DNA from: a bacterium
GTDB taxonomy: Bacteria > Fibrobacterota > Fibrobacteria > UBA11236
NCBI GenBank assembly: GCA_900299345.1
Contig: OMJM01000062.1
Coordinates: forward strand, 80,788-144,787
Direction of reading: 5' to 3'
Length of the DNA: 64,000 bases
The position numbers were made by a program, and so were the translations under genes. How positions within the stretch are numbered: the first letter of the stretch is position 1; each line of letters starts with the position of its first letter. Positions 9,138 to 18,448 of this stretch are shown here, piece by piece. The notes under the pieces are model-generated. The model made no database searches, had not been told where the DNA came from, and worked only from the letters and a program-made list of their open reading frames with translations.

Positions 9138-10955
9138 TTAAGGAGCGACAAATCCGCGAACGGCGGTTCCTTGCTCAGTCTTGACCTGCAGGAAATACAC
9201 GCTGTTGCTGTTGAGACTGGAAGGCATGCTGTAATCCTTCCATCCCTTACCATTGATGGATTGAATCATCCGGCCCTGAGCATCCATGATTTGAACTTCA
9301 TGCAATCCGTTCGAAAGCACGGAGAACGAGGTGCCACCCACTCTCAGCCAGTTGACATCCCCCCGGATAGCTTTGGAAACGGCCGTCGTGACGCCCGGAT
9401 AAAGGCCAGGATCCTGACACGTGCCGGTGTAGGTGACACGAACGATACCGCTGTTTGTGTTACCAGGACTTCCACTGCAGCATCCTCCGCCCCAGTCCGT
9501 CACATAAAGGGCGCCATCCGGACCCTGCTGTATATCAACAGGGTTGTTAAGAGTGGGGCGACCGGTTTTGGTCATGGTAAATACAGCCGCTGTTGTACCC
9601 ACAGCGACCCCGGTGGTGGTGTCGAACTTTGCTGCGCCAAATGTGTTCTGGGTAAAATTCCCGTAAATGACAGTATTGTCCAAATGGGGTGGCATCATCC
9701 CAGGGTTGTTGATTCTGCCATCATAACGGATGATGGCTCCACCTTGCGCACAACCGTTCGCTTCTTGCATAATGGGAGGGAGCATCGGCGGCAAGGAGTC
9801 GACTCCTGGCAAACCGGCGAGATTATTCGCGAGAGCGGTACTGACATTTGTGGTGGGGTTAAAAGCGGCCCAACCAGCTGTGGTGACGTCGTTCGCTTCA
9901 TCATAGCTGCCGTGTTTTGCAGTCTGACGTGTTGCTGTTCCAGAAAAGAACGGCCAGCCGCCAAAACCCGGGTGGTTGGAAATATTGTATTCCTCTTGGC
10001 GCTGCGCATCCGGACCGCATTCGGACCAAGCGACCCAGCCGAGACGATTCTTGTCCACACTCATGCCATAAGGGTTGCGCGATCCTTTGATGTAAATCTG
10101 AGCTTTCACCTTTGTTGTATCGCGATACTTGGCAGCAAGGGCTGTCCGATTCTGTTTTGTAAACTCTGCCGCCCAGTATTCACCAAAGTTTCCGGCAGGA
10201 ATTGTGTAACCCCGAGGATCGGTTGTGTCGGGATGGATGCGCATGGTGCCTCCCCGCAAATCAGCCGTATTTCCTGGGCCAAGCGCTTCAGCTTCATTAT
10301 CCGCTGTCGTTATGTACAGATTCCCAAAACCATCGAACTGCATCGCACCACCCGTGTGCCAACGGGCTGAGGTACCGGCGGGAACAAAAATCAGAACTTT
10401 TTCGGAAAGCGTGTCAATCATTTTGGTCGTCGGATCCAGTTTGAACCGGGAATAGCGCCAACCGACAGTGGCAGAGCCTTGTGCCTGTACGGCACCTGTG
10501 GAGTAAGAGATGTAGATGAAATTATCCTGCGCGAAGGTCTTGGGATTCAAAGCGATACCCCAGACACCTTGCTCGTCCACACCCCCGCCACCGTAATTCA
10601 CATTCCGAATGGTCCCGATGGCAGTGAGGGTGTTGGCTGTACCGTTGTAATACAGCACCCTTGCTTGATCGGTTGCGCTACCGCCCTTCTCGGTCATATA
10701 GATGTCCGTTTTTCCCGACGTTGTGTTCATGAAAAACGTCATCTTGTTGACGCGCATCGGGTTGGTAGTCGGGAACAGAGTTTTGCTGATCACAGGTGTG
10801 ATGGTAAATCCTGTATTCAGAGCAGCGGGAAGACCTGCACAGGTACCTGTTGCCGTGGGAGATGTATAGGCTGATGTCCATGGCTGTGCTAACGTTTGCT
10901 GAATCCCCAAAGCTGCCAAGACGGTTAAAAAGGATCCGACTTTCAAAAAGTTCAT
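9138..10955 (-). CDS. glucose/sorbosone dehydrogenase (GSDH, PQQ-type beta-propeller) family protein with T9SS C-terminal sorting domain
   Basis: Signal peptide. GSDH motifs GIALNP..NFIYISYS, LRGGTMRIHPD, GSRNPYGMSVD, ECGPD and HPGFGGWPFF. The C-terminal roughly 80 aa match the T9SS CTD pattern (MDAQGRMIQS....SVYFLQVKTEQG). GGGGAG SD lies upstream. Confidence 0.8.
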   Translation of the reverse strand: MNFLKVGSFLTVLAALGIQQTLAQPWTSAYTSPTATGTCAGLPAALNTGFTITPVISKTLFPTTNPMRVNKMTFFMNTTSGKTDIYMTEKGGSATDQARVLYYNGTANTLTAIGTIRNVNYGGGGVDEQGVWGIALNPKTFAQDNFIYISYSTGAVQAQGSATVGWRYSRFKLDPTTKMIDTLSEKVLIFVPAGTSARWHTGGAMQFDGFGNLYITTADNEAEALGPGNTADLRGGTMRIHPDTTDPRGYTIPAGNFGEYWAAEFTKQNRTALAAKYRDTTKVKAQIYIKGSRNPYGMSVDKNRLGWVAWSECGPDAQRQEEYNISNHPGFGGWPFFSGTATRQTAKHGSYDEANDVTTAGWAAFNPTTNVSTALANNLAGLPGVDSLPPMLPPIMQEANGCAQGGAIIRYDGRINNPGMMPPHLDNTVIYGNFTQNTFGAAKFDTTTGVAVGTTAAVFTMTKTGRPTLNNPVDIQQGPDGALYVTDWGGGCCSGSPGNTNSGIVRVTYTGTCQDPGLYPGVTTAVSKAIRGDVNWLRVGGTSFSVLSNGLHEVQIMDAQGRMIQSINGKGWKDYSMPSSLNSNSVYFLQVKTEQGTAVRGFVAP

Positions 10956-11008
10956 GTACTCTCCCCTCGGTGAGAACCGATCAATAAGAATTGGAAGTCT
11001 TAATATAA

Positions 11009-11043
11009 GGTCAATAACTTTTTCAGGATGGTAGTTATTGACC
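11009..11043. promoter_or_regulatory. perfect 11-bp inverted repeat GGTCAATAACT-N13-AGTTATTGACC in an AT-rich intergenic region
   Basis: Read from the sequence. It sits upstream of the minus-strand GSDH gene at 9138..10955 and downstream of the second GSDH gene. Candidate operator. Confidence 0.3.
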
Positions 11044-11121
11044 CAATTTTGGCAAAAATACCCGAATTTTAGCCAAAACCAACGATTTTCTTGGGTTTAA
11101 AAAGTCGTTAGATAACAGAAT

Positions 11122-12576
11122 TTATTCCAGTACTGGAACCAAAGAAGGAGCATTTTCACCCGGCCGATGTGCGATATAAACGCCACCATGGATGGATTGT
11201 CCGGACACACTGCGCCCTTGCAAGTCGTGCGCTCTCAAACCGGAGAGATCACGAATGAGAATCGGCGCAAACGCCTTGCCCATGGTGTGATGCCAAATCG
11301 GGACAGGCAACAAATCCGGACTCGACAACTGATAAACGATTCCGGAGCTCAATCCCAACGCATAGAGGGTGCCCTTTGAATCCGTGCCGAATGCGGTGAG
11401 GCCTGGAACAGCCACTGCGGACGAAGTGGGCGTGGGATGCAAGGTCAGGCGTTCTTGAATGCGGCCATTGACCGGCCGAATCACCCACACCTGGCCGGAA
11501 CCATTATCGCCGTAGAAGTACAGTCCATAATATGGAGAGGAGGGATTGCCGCGATAGACATATCCACCGATGACCGCCGTCCCACTCGTGTCTCCCCCGC
11601 TGTGGGGATATGCAGCAATGGGCAAAGAGAATCTCGGATCAGTCACCGTGCACGTCACGTTCGGCTGACAGGCGAATCCTTCCATGTACCGCCATCCTAG
11701 ATTGGCGCCCTTGGCCACCGTGTCGATCTCTTCGCGTGTCGCATTGCCGACTTCTCCGATCCACATAGTGCCTGTGAGCCGATCAAAACTCCAGCGCCAT
11801 GGATTGCGCACACCCATGGCGTAAATCTCCGGAAGATAGGCGGAGTTGGACACGAACGGATTGTCCGCGGGAATCGCGTAGGGTTTATTTCCAGTGGTGC
11901 CGTTCACGTCGATACGAAGAATTTTTCCGAGGATCGTATCAGTCTTTTGCGCACGACCGATGGGCAACGCCGTGGAAGTCGGATCACCCTGTGGATCTCC
12001 ACCGTCGCCCACGGTGATGTACAGATAGCCGTCGGTAAGCCCGAAATGGATGTCGCCGCCATTGTGGTTCATGGCAGACTTCGGAATGCCAATCAAGGTG
12101 CGAGCAGCCGTGCCATTGTCCTTGATCAGACTCGTGTCGGTCTGGCGCTCTTCAAGAACATTCAGGCCGCAATTGGGGCTGCTGGCGGCGCAGTCCGCCC
12201 CCGTGGCGTTGAATGTCTTGCTGTAAAAGACATAGTACTTGTGGTTCACAGTAAAATTTGGATGGAAGGCCAGTCCAAGAAATCCCATTTCATTCTGACT
12301 GGAAACAACGGTAATCTTGACCAGTGTGTCCTTCACCCATGCACCGTTGCGGCGATGAATGACAATGGCGTTTCCGCGCTGCTGCTCCAACACAACGTAG
12401 GTGCTGTCTTTGCCGGGCACTTCCGTGAAGGAGACTGGCCGGGAAAAAGTCACACCCGTGGTTCCGTTGACGAAAGCATTGACAAAAGCGATGGTGTTCG
12501 GAATTGCGGAAAAAGCCGTGGCAAAACCCAAAGCCAGCGAGACAACTCCAATGCGCATCCAGCTTGTTCTGTTCAT
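11122..12576 (-). CDS. glucose/sorbosone dehydrogenase (GSDH) family protein with T9SS C-terminal sorting domain
   Basis: Signal peptide (MNRTSWMRIGVVSLALGFATAFSA). Strong GSDH motifs: GFLGLAFHPNF..KYYVFYS, DGYLYITVGDGGD, GKILRIDVNG, NPF, GVRNPWRWSFD and GANLGWRYMEG. The C-terminal CTD resembles T9SS cargo. Start chosen at the internal ATG 12576, preceded by AAGGGGGA. Confidence 0.8.
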   Translation of the reverse strand: MNRTSWMRIGVVSLALGFATAFSAIPNTIAFVNAFVNGTTGVTFSRPVSFTEVPGKDSTYVVLEQQRGNAIVIHRRNGAWVKDTLVKITVVSSQNEMGFLGLAFHPNFTVNHKYYVFYSKTFNATGADCAASSPNCGLNVLEERQTDTSLIKDNGTAARTLIGIPKSAMNHNGGDIHFGLTDGYLYITVGDGGDPQGDPTSTALPIGRAQKTDTILGKILRIDVNGTTGNKPYAIPADNPFVSNSAYLPEIYAMGVRNPWRWSFDRLTGTMWIGEVGNATREEIDTVAKGANLGWRYMEGFACQPNVTCTVTDPRFSLPIAAYPHSGGDTSGTAVIGGYVYRGNPSSPYYGLYFYGDNGSGQVWVIRPVNGRIQERLTLHPTPTSSAVAVPGLTAFGTDSKGTLYALGLSSGIVYQLSSPDLLPVPIWHHTMGKAFAPILIRDLSGLRAHDLQGRSVSGQSIHGGVYIAHRPGENAPSLVPVLE

Positions 12577-12622
12577 ACCATCCCCCTTCATTATTCTACC
12601 AGAAAAAAAGTAAAAATGGCGA

Positions 12623-12658
12623 CCTGAAAAAGGTTGGGTGTTATCGCAATTTTTCAGG
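12623..12658. terminator. weak hairpin (CCTGAAAAA-N18-TTTTTCAGG) with a T-rich tail on the minus strand at the lysA 3' end
   Basis: Read from the sequence. The stem partly overlaps the last lysA codons. Confidence 0.3.
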
Positions 12659-13900
12659 AATCCGTTCAAATTGCAGGATATGGTCGTAAGTCTGCCTTTC
12701 CCGAATTACTTCAGCCTGTCCGTTGGATCCCAAAATTTCGGTGGCCAGCCTACGCGTGTTGTAATTGCTGGACATGGCCGCACCGTATGCCCCGGAATCA
12801 TGCAACACGAGATAATCGCCGACTTTGGCTTCCGGCAATTTGCGAGTGACGACCACGCCGCCTTCTTCCTGCGTGAACACATCTCCAGACTCGCACAAGG
12901 GACCCGCCACCACCACATCATGTGCCGATGTGATCTCCCGTCCGTCCGCCGGACAAATGGAGATTTCATGATAGGATCCGTACATCGAGGGACGAACGAG
13001 CGTATCGAATCCGGCATCCACGAGATAAAAGCTGTTATTGCCGGTTTTCTTGATCGAACGGATTTGCACAACCAACGCGCAGGATTCGGCCACGAGATAG
13101 CGGCCGGGCTCCACTTCCAGTCGGACGGGATGGCCGACGATGTGTTCCACTTCCTTGCGGGCCTTGTCCCATAACTGGAAATAGGCGTTGAGATCGATGC
13201 GCGCCTGATTCTTGCGATAGGGAATCGGCAAACCACCTCCCGCGCTGATCACTTCAAGCTGCGGGCCCATGCGCCTCGCCGCGCGCACCATGGAGTCGCA
13301 AACCTGCGACAGGTGCTCGAAGTCCGTGCCGGATCCGATGTGCATGTGTAAGCCATGAATATTCACTCCGGCCTCGTGTCCCAGCTTTAGACATTCTTCA
13401 AGCTGTTCGTGCCAGATGCCATGCTTGGACCATTCGCCGCCGGTGTTGGTCTTGCGGGAATGACCGTGCCCAAATCCCGGGTTGATGCGCAAGGTCACTT
13501 GTGCACCCGGAAAAAATTTTCCGAGTTGCGCAATCATGTCTGGCGAACCGACGTTCACCGGAATGCGGTGCGTCCGGATGGCTTCCACCGCATCCGCGTC
13601 GAAGAGATCGGCAGTGAATACGATGCCGGGCGGATCGCCTGCGGGTCGGTATCCGGCGCGCAGGGCACGCTCAATTTCACCGGCGGATACCGCGTCCACC
13701 ACCACGCCTAGCTTGCGCATGAGCGCAAGAATGGCGAGATTGGAACACGCTTTCTGCGCGTAACGGATGGCATCGAACTGCTTCAACTCCGCGACGCGTT
13801 GCTCGATGATCTGCTGGTCGTAAAGAAAGAAGGGCGTGCCGTGGCGTTGCGCCAGCTCAACAATGGACGATCCCGCAAACCGGGTCAGGATATTCTGCAT
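12641..13900 (-). CDS. lysA: diaminopimelate decarboxylase
   Basis: 419 aa. Fold-III PLP decarboxylase motifs are present: YAQKACSN near the N-terminus and EPGRYLVAES and GAYGAAMSSNYN near the C-terminus. Confidence 0.9.
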   Translation of the reverse strand: MQNILTRFAGSSIVELAQRHGTPFFLYDQQIIEQRVAELKQFDAIRYAQKACSNLAILALMRKLGVVVDAVSAGEIERALRAGYRPAGDPPGIVFTADLFDADAVEAIRTHRIPVNVGSPDMIAQLGKFFPGAQVTLRINPGFGHGHSRKTNTGGEWSKHGIWHEQLEECLKLGHEAGVNIHGLHMHIGSGTDFEHLSQVCDSMVRAARRMGPQLEVISAGGGLPIPYRKNQARIDLNAYFQLWDKARKEVEHIVGHPVRLEVEPGRYLVAESCALVVQIRSIKKTGNNSFYLVDAGFDTLVRPSMYGSYHEISICPADGREITSAHDVVVAGPLCESGDVFTQEEGGVVVTRKLPEAKVGDYLVLHDSGAYGAAMSSNYNTRRLATEILGSNGQAEVIRERQTYDHILQFERIPEKLR

Positions 13901-13968
13901 AAAATGTCGTGCTTCCTTTGGACAGGGAAAGGTACTTTCAGGCTGATAGCTAGATTGACCCCTTTCTC

Positions 13969-16383
13969 ATGCCTGAAAATTTTCGCGATGAATCGTTGCC
14001 GGTGGTGGTGGCGCGGGAGCAGATTCTCTCTGCGCTCGCGAAAACCGGAAGCCTGATTCTTTCCGCGCCGCCCGGCACCGGAAAATCCACGCAAGTTCCA
14101 CGATTTCTGCTCGACCTTCCCGGCCGGGTGTTGATCCTTCAACCGCGTCGCATTGCAGCCCGGGCTTTGGCCGCGCGCATCGCCGAGGAAATGGGCGAAC
14201 CGTTGGGCAAGACGGTCGGATATCAGGTCCGTTTTGAAAATGTGTCGGGACCCGAGACACGATTGTTGTTTCAGACCTACGGTACTTTCCGCCAGCGCAT
14301 ACTCCACGATCCGGAACTCAAAGACGTGCAGGCCGTGGTCCTCGACGAGTTTCATGAACGCGCATGGGAAGCCGATCTGGCCTTGCTATGGTGCCGTGAA
14401 TTGCGTCGTCGGAATTCCGGTTTGCGCCTTGTGGTCATGTCCGCCACATTGGATGCCGGTGAGCTCAATGGGTATCTGCCTGACGCCGCGCGAGTCTCGG
14501 TGGAAGGCAAAGTCTTCCCGGTGGAAATCCGTCACCAACCGCCGCGCATGCAGGAATTTTTGCCGCAACAAATTCTGCGCGCCTTGAAATCCCTCTCGAA
14601 TTCCGGCTGGAACGGATCTGCGCTCGTGTTCCTTCCCGGCGCAGGCGAGATACGTCAGACGGCGGAGCAAATTGGATCGTGGTGCCGCGAAGCAGGGTTC
14701 CGCTTGTGCGAACTCCACGGCTCATTGCCTCTCAATGCGCAACAGGATGCGATTCGCGCGCCCTTACGCGGACCGTCCATCCTCCTTACCACCAACGTGG
14801 CGGAAACCTCGCTTACAGTTCCCGGCGTGACGGCCGTGATCGACGCGGGACTGCATCGCGTGGCATCCTACGATCCGGAGCGCGATCTCAACACACTCTA
14901 CTTAAAGCCCGTCTCGCTCGCCAACGCCGTACAACGCACCGGACGGGCGGGTCGTGTGGCTCCCGGTGTGTGCATCCGGTTGTGGGATGACGAGCGCGAA
15001 AAACACATGGCGAAAAACATGGAGCCGGAAGTGCGCCGCGTCGAGCTCTCCGAAGCCGCTCTTGCGCTGCACGCCCTGTCTGCCCCTACGTTGTGGCCCA
15101 CACCACCGGATCCTTCATTGTGGAAGCGCGCTGAAGAAAAATTGGAACGCGTGGCAGCGCTGAATCACGGTGCGATTACGCCGTTAGGAAAATCGCTGCT
15201 GAACTGGCCCGCGCCTCCTTTACTTGCTCGCGTGTTGCACGATGCCGCCGCTTCAGGCGATGCCGGGCTACAACGCCATGTGGCCGCAATGGCCGCGTGT
15301 CTTTCCGCTGGAAAATCCGGAGCCAAAAACTCCTCGGATCTCTTTACGCTGGCGGAAGAAATCGTTGAAGAAGGCAGCCGCGTGGATCGCGAAATCCTCG
15401 GAGCGTTCAAACAGTTTTTGGGGAACATGCGATCCCGGCCTGTAGGGGGCATCGTGGAGTCCATGCGTGGAGCGGCAACAAAATTGTTTCTGCCTGTTTA
15501 CATCGATCGCCTGTCGGCACGGGTTGAAAGTGGACAGGCTTTCGAATTGGCCGATGGACGCAAAGGTGTAGCCTCCGGTGTTTCTCCCGAAACGAAACTT
15601 TTGCTGGCGCTGGAGATTCACGAATCCGGAGGAAAGGACCGCATAAGGCAAACCACTTTGCCGCTGTTTCTTCCCGTGGAACCGGAATGGGTCGAAGCCG
15701 CGTTTCCCGGTGAATGTACGTGGGAAAAATTCGAGGAGTTCGACGCGAAAAAAGGAAAGGTGTTGCATGAGGATCGCTTGATGTTCCGTGGCCTGATCCT
15801 GAATCGCCGCGAACGCACGATTCCCAAAAACTCGGATGCCGGGGAATTGCTGGCGGAGCAGTTGATCCGGGGCGAAATCGAATTGCCGTTCGATGATGAG
15901 GCGTGGCAATGGGTGTACCGCATCAAACTGGCGCACAAGATCTGTCCTGAAAGCGGAATGCCCGCGCTGGAAGATGACGACTGGCATCTCATCTACCACG
16001 ACGTTTGCGAAGGCAAAAAAAGCGTGAAGCAGCTTGAAGACGTTTCCGTGTCTGCGGCGTTGCGCGATTACATCGGCCCGGCCATGACGGCGTTTCTGGA
16101 TCGCGAAGCACCGGTGCATGTGAAACTTCCCGGCAAGCGCGGCGGAAAGATCACGTATTCCGAAAAAAGTCCGCCGGAACTTTCAGCGCGGCTCGGCGAC
16201 TTCATCGGGATGCAGGGGCGATTCAAAATCCTGATGAACCGTGTGGATGTGACCTTTGACATTCTCGCACCGAATTACCGGACGGTACAGAAGACGTCAG
16301 ACCTGACTTCGTTCTGGCAGAATTCCTATCCTGAGGTCAAGAAGGAATTAAAGCGGCGATATCCACGCCATCCGTGGCCGTAA
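13969..16383 (+). CDS. hrpB: ATP-dependent RNA helicase HrpB (DEAH-box)
   Basis: 804 aa. Walker A APPGTGKST, DEFHER, and a C-terminal HrpB-specific domain. Confidence 0.9.
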   Translation: MPENFRDESLPVVVAREQILSALAKTGSLILSAPPGTGKSTQVPRFLLDLPGRVLILQPRRIAARALAARIAEEMGEPLGKTVGYQVRFENVSGPETRLLFQTYGTFRQRILHDPELKDVQAVVLDEFHERAWEADLALLWCRELRRRNSGLRLVVMSATLDAGELNGYLPDAARVSVEGKVFPVEIRHQPPRMQEFLPQQILRALKSLSNSGWNGSALVFLPGAGEIRQTAEQIGSWCREAGFRLCELHGSLPLNAQQDAIRAPLRGPSILLTTNVAETSLTVPGVTAVIDAGLHRVASYDPERDLNTLYLKPVSLANAVQRTGRAGRVAPGVCIRLWDDEREKHMAKNMEPEVRRVELSEAALALHALSAPTLWPTPPDPSLWKRAEEKLERVAALNHGAITPLGKSLLNWPAPPLLARVLHDAAASGDAGLQRHVAAMAACLSAGKSGAKNSSDLFTLAEEIVEEGSRVDREILGAFKQFLGNMRSRPVGGIVESMRGAATKLFLPVYIDRLSARVESGQAFELADGRKGVASGVSPETKLLLALEIHESGGKDRIRQTTLPLFLPVEPEWVEAAFPGECTWEKFEEFDAKKGKVLHEDRLMFRGLILNRRERTIPKNSDAGELLAEQLIRGEIELPFDDEAWQWVYRIKLAHKICPESGMPALEDDDWHLIYHDVCEGKKSVKQLEDVSVSAALRDYIGPAMTAFLDREAPVHVKLPGKRGGKITYSEKSPPELSARLGDFIGMQGRFKILMNRVDVTFDILAPNYRTVQKTSDLTSFWQNSYPEVKKELKRRYPRHPWP

Positions 16384-16385
16384 GG

Positions 16386-16550
16386 CTACATCTCCACCAT
16401 TTCATAATCTGACTTGATTGCGCCACATTCGGGACAATTCCAATCTTCGGGAATATCCTCCCACCGCGTTCCAGGCGGAATGCCTTCCTCCGGCAGCCCC
16501 TTGGCTTCGTCGTAGACGAATCCGCATACTGAGCATTTCCATTTTTTCAT
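16386..16550 (-). CDS. rubredoxin
   Basis: 54-aa ORF absent from the ORF track (below 60 aa): [18 protein letters not shown]...[20 protein letters not shown]. It has both CxxCG metal-binding knuckles. Confidence 0.8.
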   Translation of the reverse strand: MKKWKCSVCGFVYDEAKGLPEEGIPPGTRWEDIPEDWNCPECGAIKSDYEMVEM

Positions 16551-16639
16551 GGCTCACTCCGGTTCAGTTGGGAGGGATAAAATACGTGGATGTGGAAAAG
16601 GGAGTGCGTCCGTCAAAAACCCGACGATGATGGAACGCC

Positions 16640-17269
16640 TCAGGCCAGATCGCCCAAATCGAAGAATTCCACTTCACCGGTGTCGAGCGAATATTCCGCG
16701 CCCACAACCCGAAGGCCATTGTTGCGAATCAACTCTTCCAAAATTTCGGACCCATGCCGCAAATGGCTCACGGAGGTGCTGACATTCACACGCTCGGCCA
16801 ACCGGGTCAAGGCTTCCCGATCCAGACCCAGATCCGTCTTCATCAGGGCCTCCACGGAGGGACGGACACGATCCACGATGGAACTGAGATTGCGGGACCG
16901 CTTCTCCGCCGGGCTTTGCAGTTCCTCAAGAGTGGCTTGGATGGCTCCACAGCGTGTATGTCCCAACACCACCACGAGACTGGATCCGAAACGCGAGGCC
17001 GCGAACTCGACGCTACCCACTTGCGAGGGAGCCACGATATTGCCCGCCACACGGATTACGAACAAATCACCGAGCCCTTGCTCGAACACCAATTCGGCGG
17101 GAACACGTGAATCGGAGCAACCCAGCACGATCGCAAACGGACTCTGATCCTTGATCAATTCGAGGGGACGGGACGCGAGCGGTTCGTGGTTGCGTAGTGC
17201 ATTCACGAAACGGCGGTTGCCTTCCCGGAGTCTTTGTAGCGCTTCTTGTGCTGGAATCATGTGGGACAT
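16640..17269 (-). CDS. beta-class carbonic anhydrase
   Basis: CSDSRV, HTRCG and GNRRF motifs. 209 aa. Confidence 0.85.
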   Translation of the reverse strand: MSHMIPAQEALQRLREGNRRFVNALRNHEPLASRPLELIKDQSPFAIVLGCSDSRVPAELVFEQGLGDLFVIRVAGNIVAPSQVGSVEFAASRFGSSLVVVLGHTRCGAIQATLEELQSPAEKRSRNLSSIVDRVRPSVEALMKTDLGLDREALTRLAERVNVSTSVSHLRHGSEILEELIRNNGLRVVGAEYSLDTGEVEFFDLGDLA

Positions 17270-17305
17270 TCCTTCTTCCAGTCAACAATATTAGTTTCCA
17301 CCGTT

Positions 17306-18448
17306 GTGCTCCTGAACCTGAAAATTGAAAAGCTTGTCCCCGGTGGCGAAGGATTGGCCCGGCATGAAGGCCGTGTGGTGTTCATCCCCGGCGTATTGCC
17401 CGGAGAACAGGTTCGGGTTGAAACCACGGAGATGAAAAAAGATTTCGCCCGCGCCGAATTGCGCGAAATCCTCGAACCTTCGCCGGATCGAATCAAACCA
17501 ATGTGCTCGCTGGCCGGAACCTGTGGCGGCTGCGACTGGCTGCACATTGCACCGCAAGCGCAAGCCCAATTGAAAGTGACTGTGGCACAGGATGCCCTTC
17601 GCCGCATCGGCGGAATCGACTGGCCGAACTTGAAGATTGAAACCGGCTTGTCGTTCGGCTATCGCAACCGGTTACAGTTGCACACGAACCCTTCCGGCGC
17701 CGTCGGATTTCTGGAACGCAAGGGACACGGTTTCGTTCCGGTGAAAAAATGCCCCGTGGCGCATCCGGCATTCGCGCCGTTGTTTGAACAGGGAGCCTCT
17801 CCGAAATCTCCCGAACGGTTTCACGCCTTCGCCTGTAACGATGCCGGTGGCAAACCCCAACTTTGGCGCGGCGATGAAAAACCCCATGCCGAGGCGCGCG
17901 TCAAAGTCCTCGACCGCGAACTGGTGTTTCCGATCAACGGCTTTTTCCAGAGCAACCTAGAGATGTTGGAACAGCTGGTTCCCTATGCGATTGAAGGCCT
18001 TTCCGGCGACACGGTCTTCGATCTTTATTCGGGCGTCGGACTGTTCGGGTCCTTTCTTACGCCGCATTTCCGCCGGGTGGTATGCGTGGAATCCGATCAC
18101 GAGACGTTGGCGTTTGCCCGCCGCAATCTCGGAGTGGACGATGCGGCCTTCGTCGCGGAACCGGTGGAAGACATGATCTCCGATTCCGACGCGCCGGCTT
18201 CATGGGAGCAACCGGATGCCGTGATCGTGGATCCGCCGCGCGAAGGATTGGATGTGAAAGTCCGTGCATGGCTGAAAAGATTGTCCGTGTCCAAACTGGT
18301 CTACGTGTCTTGCAACCCGGTGACCATGGCGCGCGATATGAAGGATTTATTGGCAGGGCCTTACAAGCTGGACGATCTGCGCTTGTTCGATTTTTATCCG
18401 CAGACGAGCCACATCGAAGCCGTGGCAAAGCTGTCGTTGAAATCCTAG
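17306..18448 (+). CDS. 23S rRNA (uracil-C5)-methyltransferase RlmD/RumA family (TRAM + Fe-S + SAM methyltransferase)
   Basis: TRAM-like N-terminus. Cys cluster CSLAGTCGGCDWLH. Methyltransferase motifs DLYSGVGLFG and DPPREG. A GTG start is chosen because the ORF-track start at 17246 would overlap the divergent carbonic anhydrase gene. Confidence 0.8.
   Translation: MLLNLKIEKLVPGGEGLARHEGRVVFIPGVLPGEQVRVETTEMKKDFARAELREILEPSPDRIKPMCSLAGTCGGCDWLHIAPQAQAQLKVTVAQDALRRIGGIDWPNLKIETGLSFGYRNRLQLHTNPSGAVGFLERKGHGFVPVKKCPVAHPAFAPLFEQGASPKSPERFHAFACNDAGGKPQLWRGDEKPHAEARVKVLDRELVFPINGFFQSNLEMLEQLVPYAIEGLSGDTVFDLYSGVGLFGSFLTPHFRRVVCVESDHETLAFARRNLGVDDAAFVAEPVEDMISDSDAPASWEQPDAVIVDPPREGLDVKVRAWLKRLSVSKLVYVSCNPVTMARDMKDLLAGPYKLDDLRLFDFYPQTSHIEAVAKLSLKS

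Noticed and set aside
17246-17305. ORF-track 5' extensions of rumA/rlmD (17246), murD (23068), arfB (46777), thiE (20802), nuoM (52449) and cysN (36627)
   Set aside because: The extensions would overlap divergent or upstream genes and add non-conserved R/P-rich residues. Internal starts give canonical N-termini and classic ATGA/TAATG couplings.
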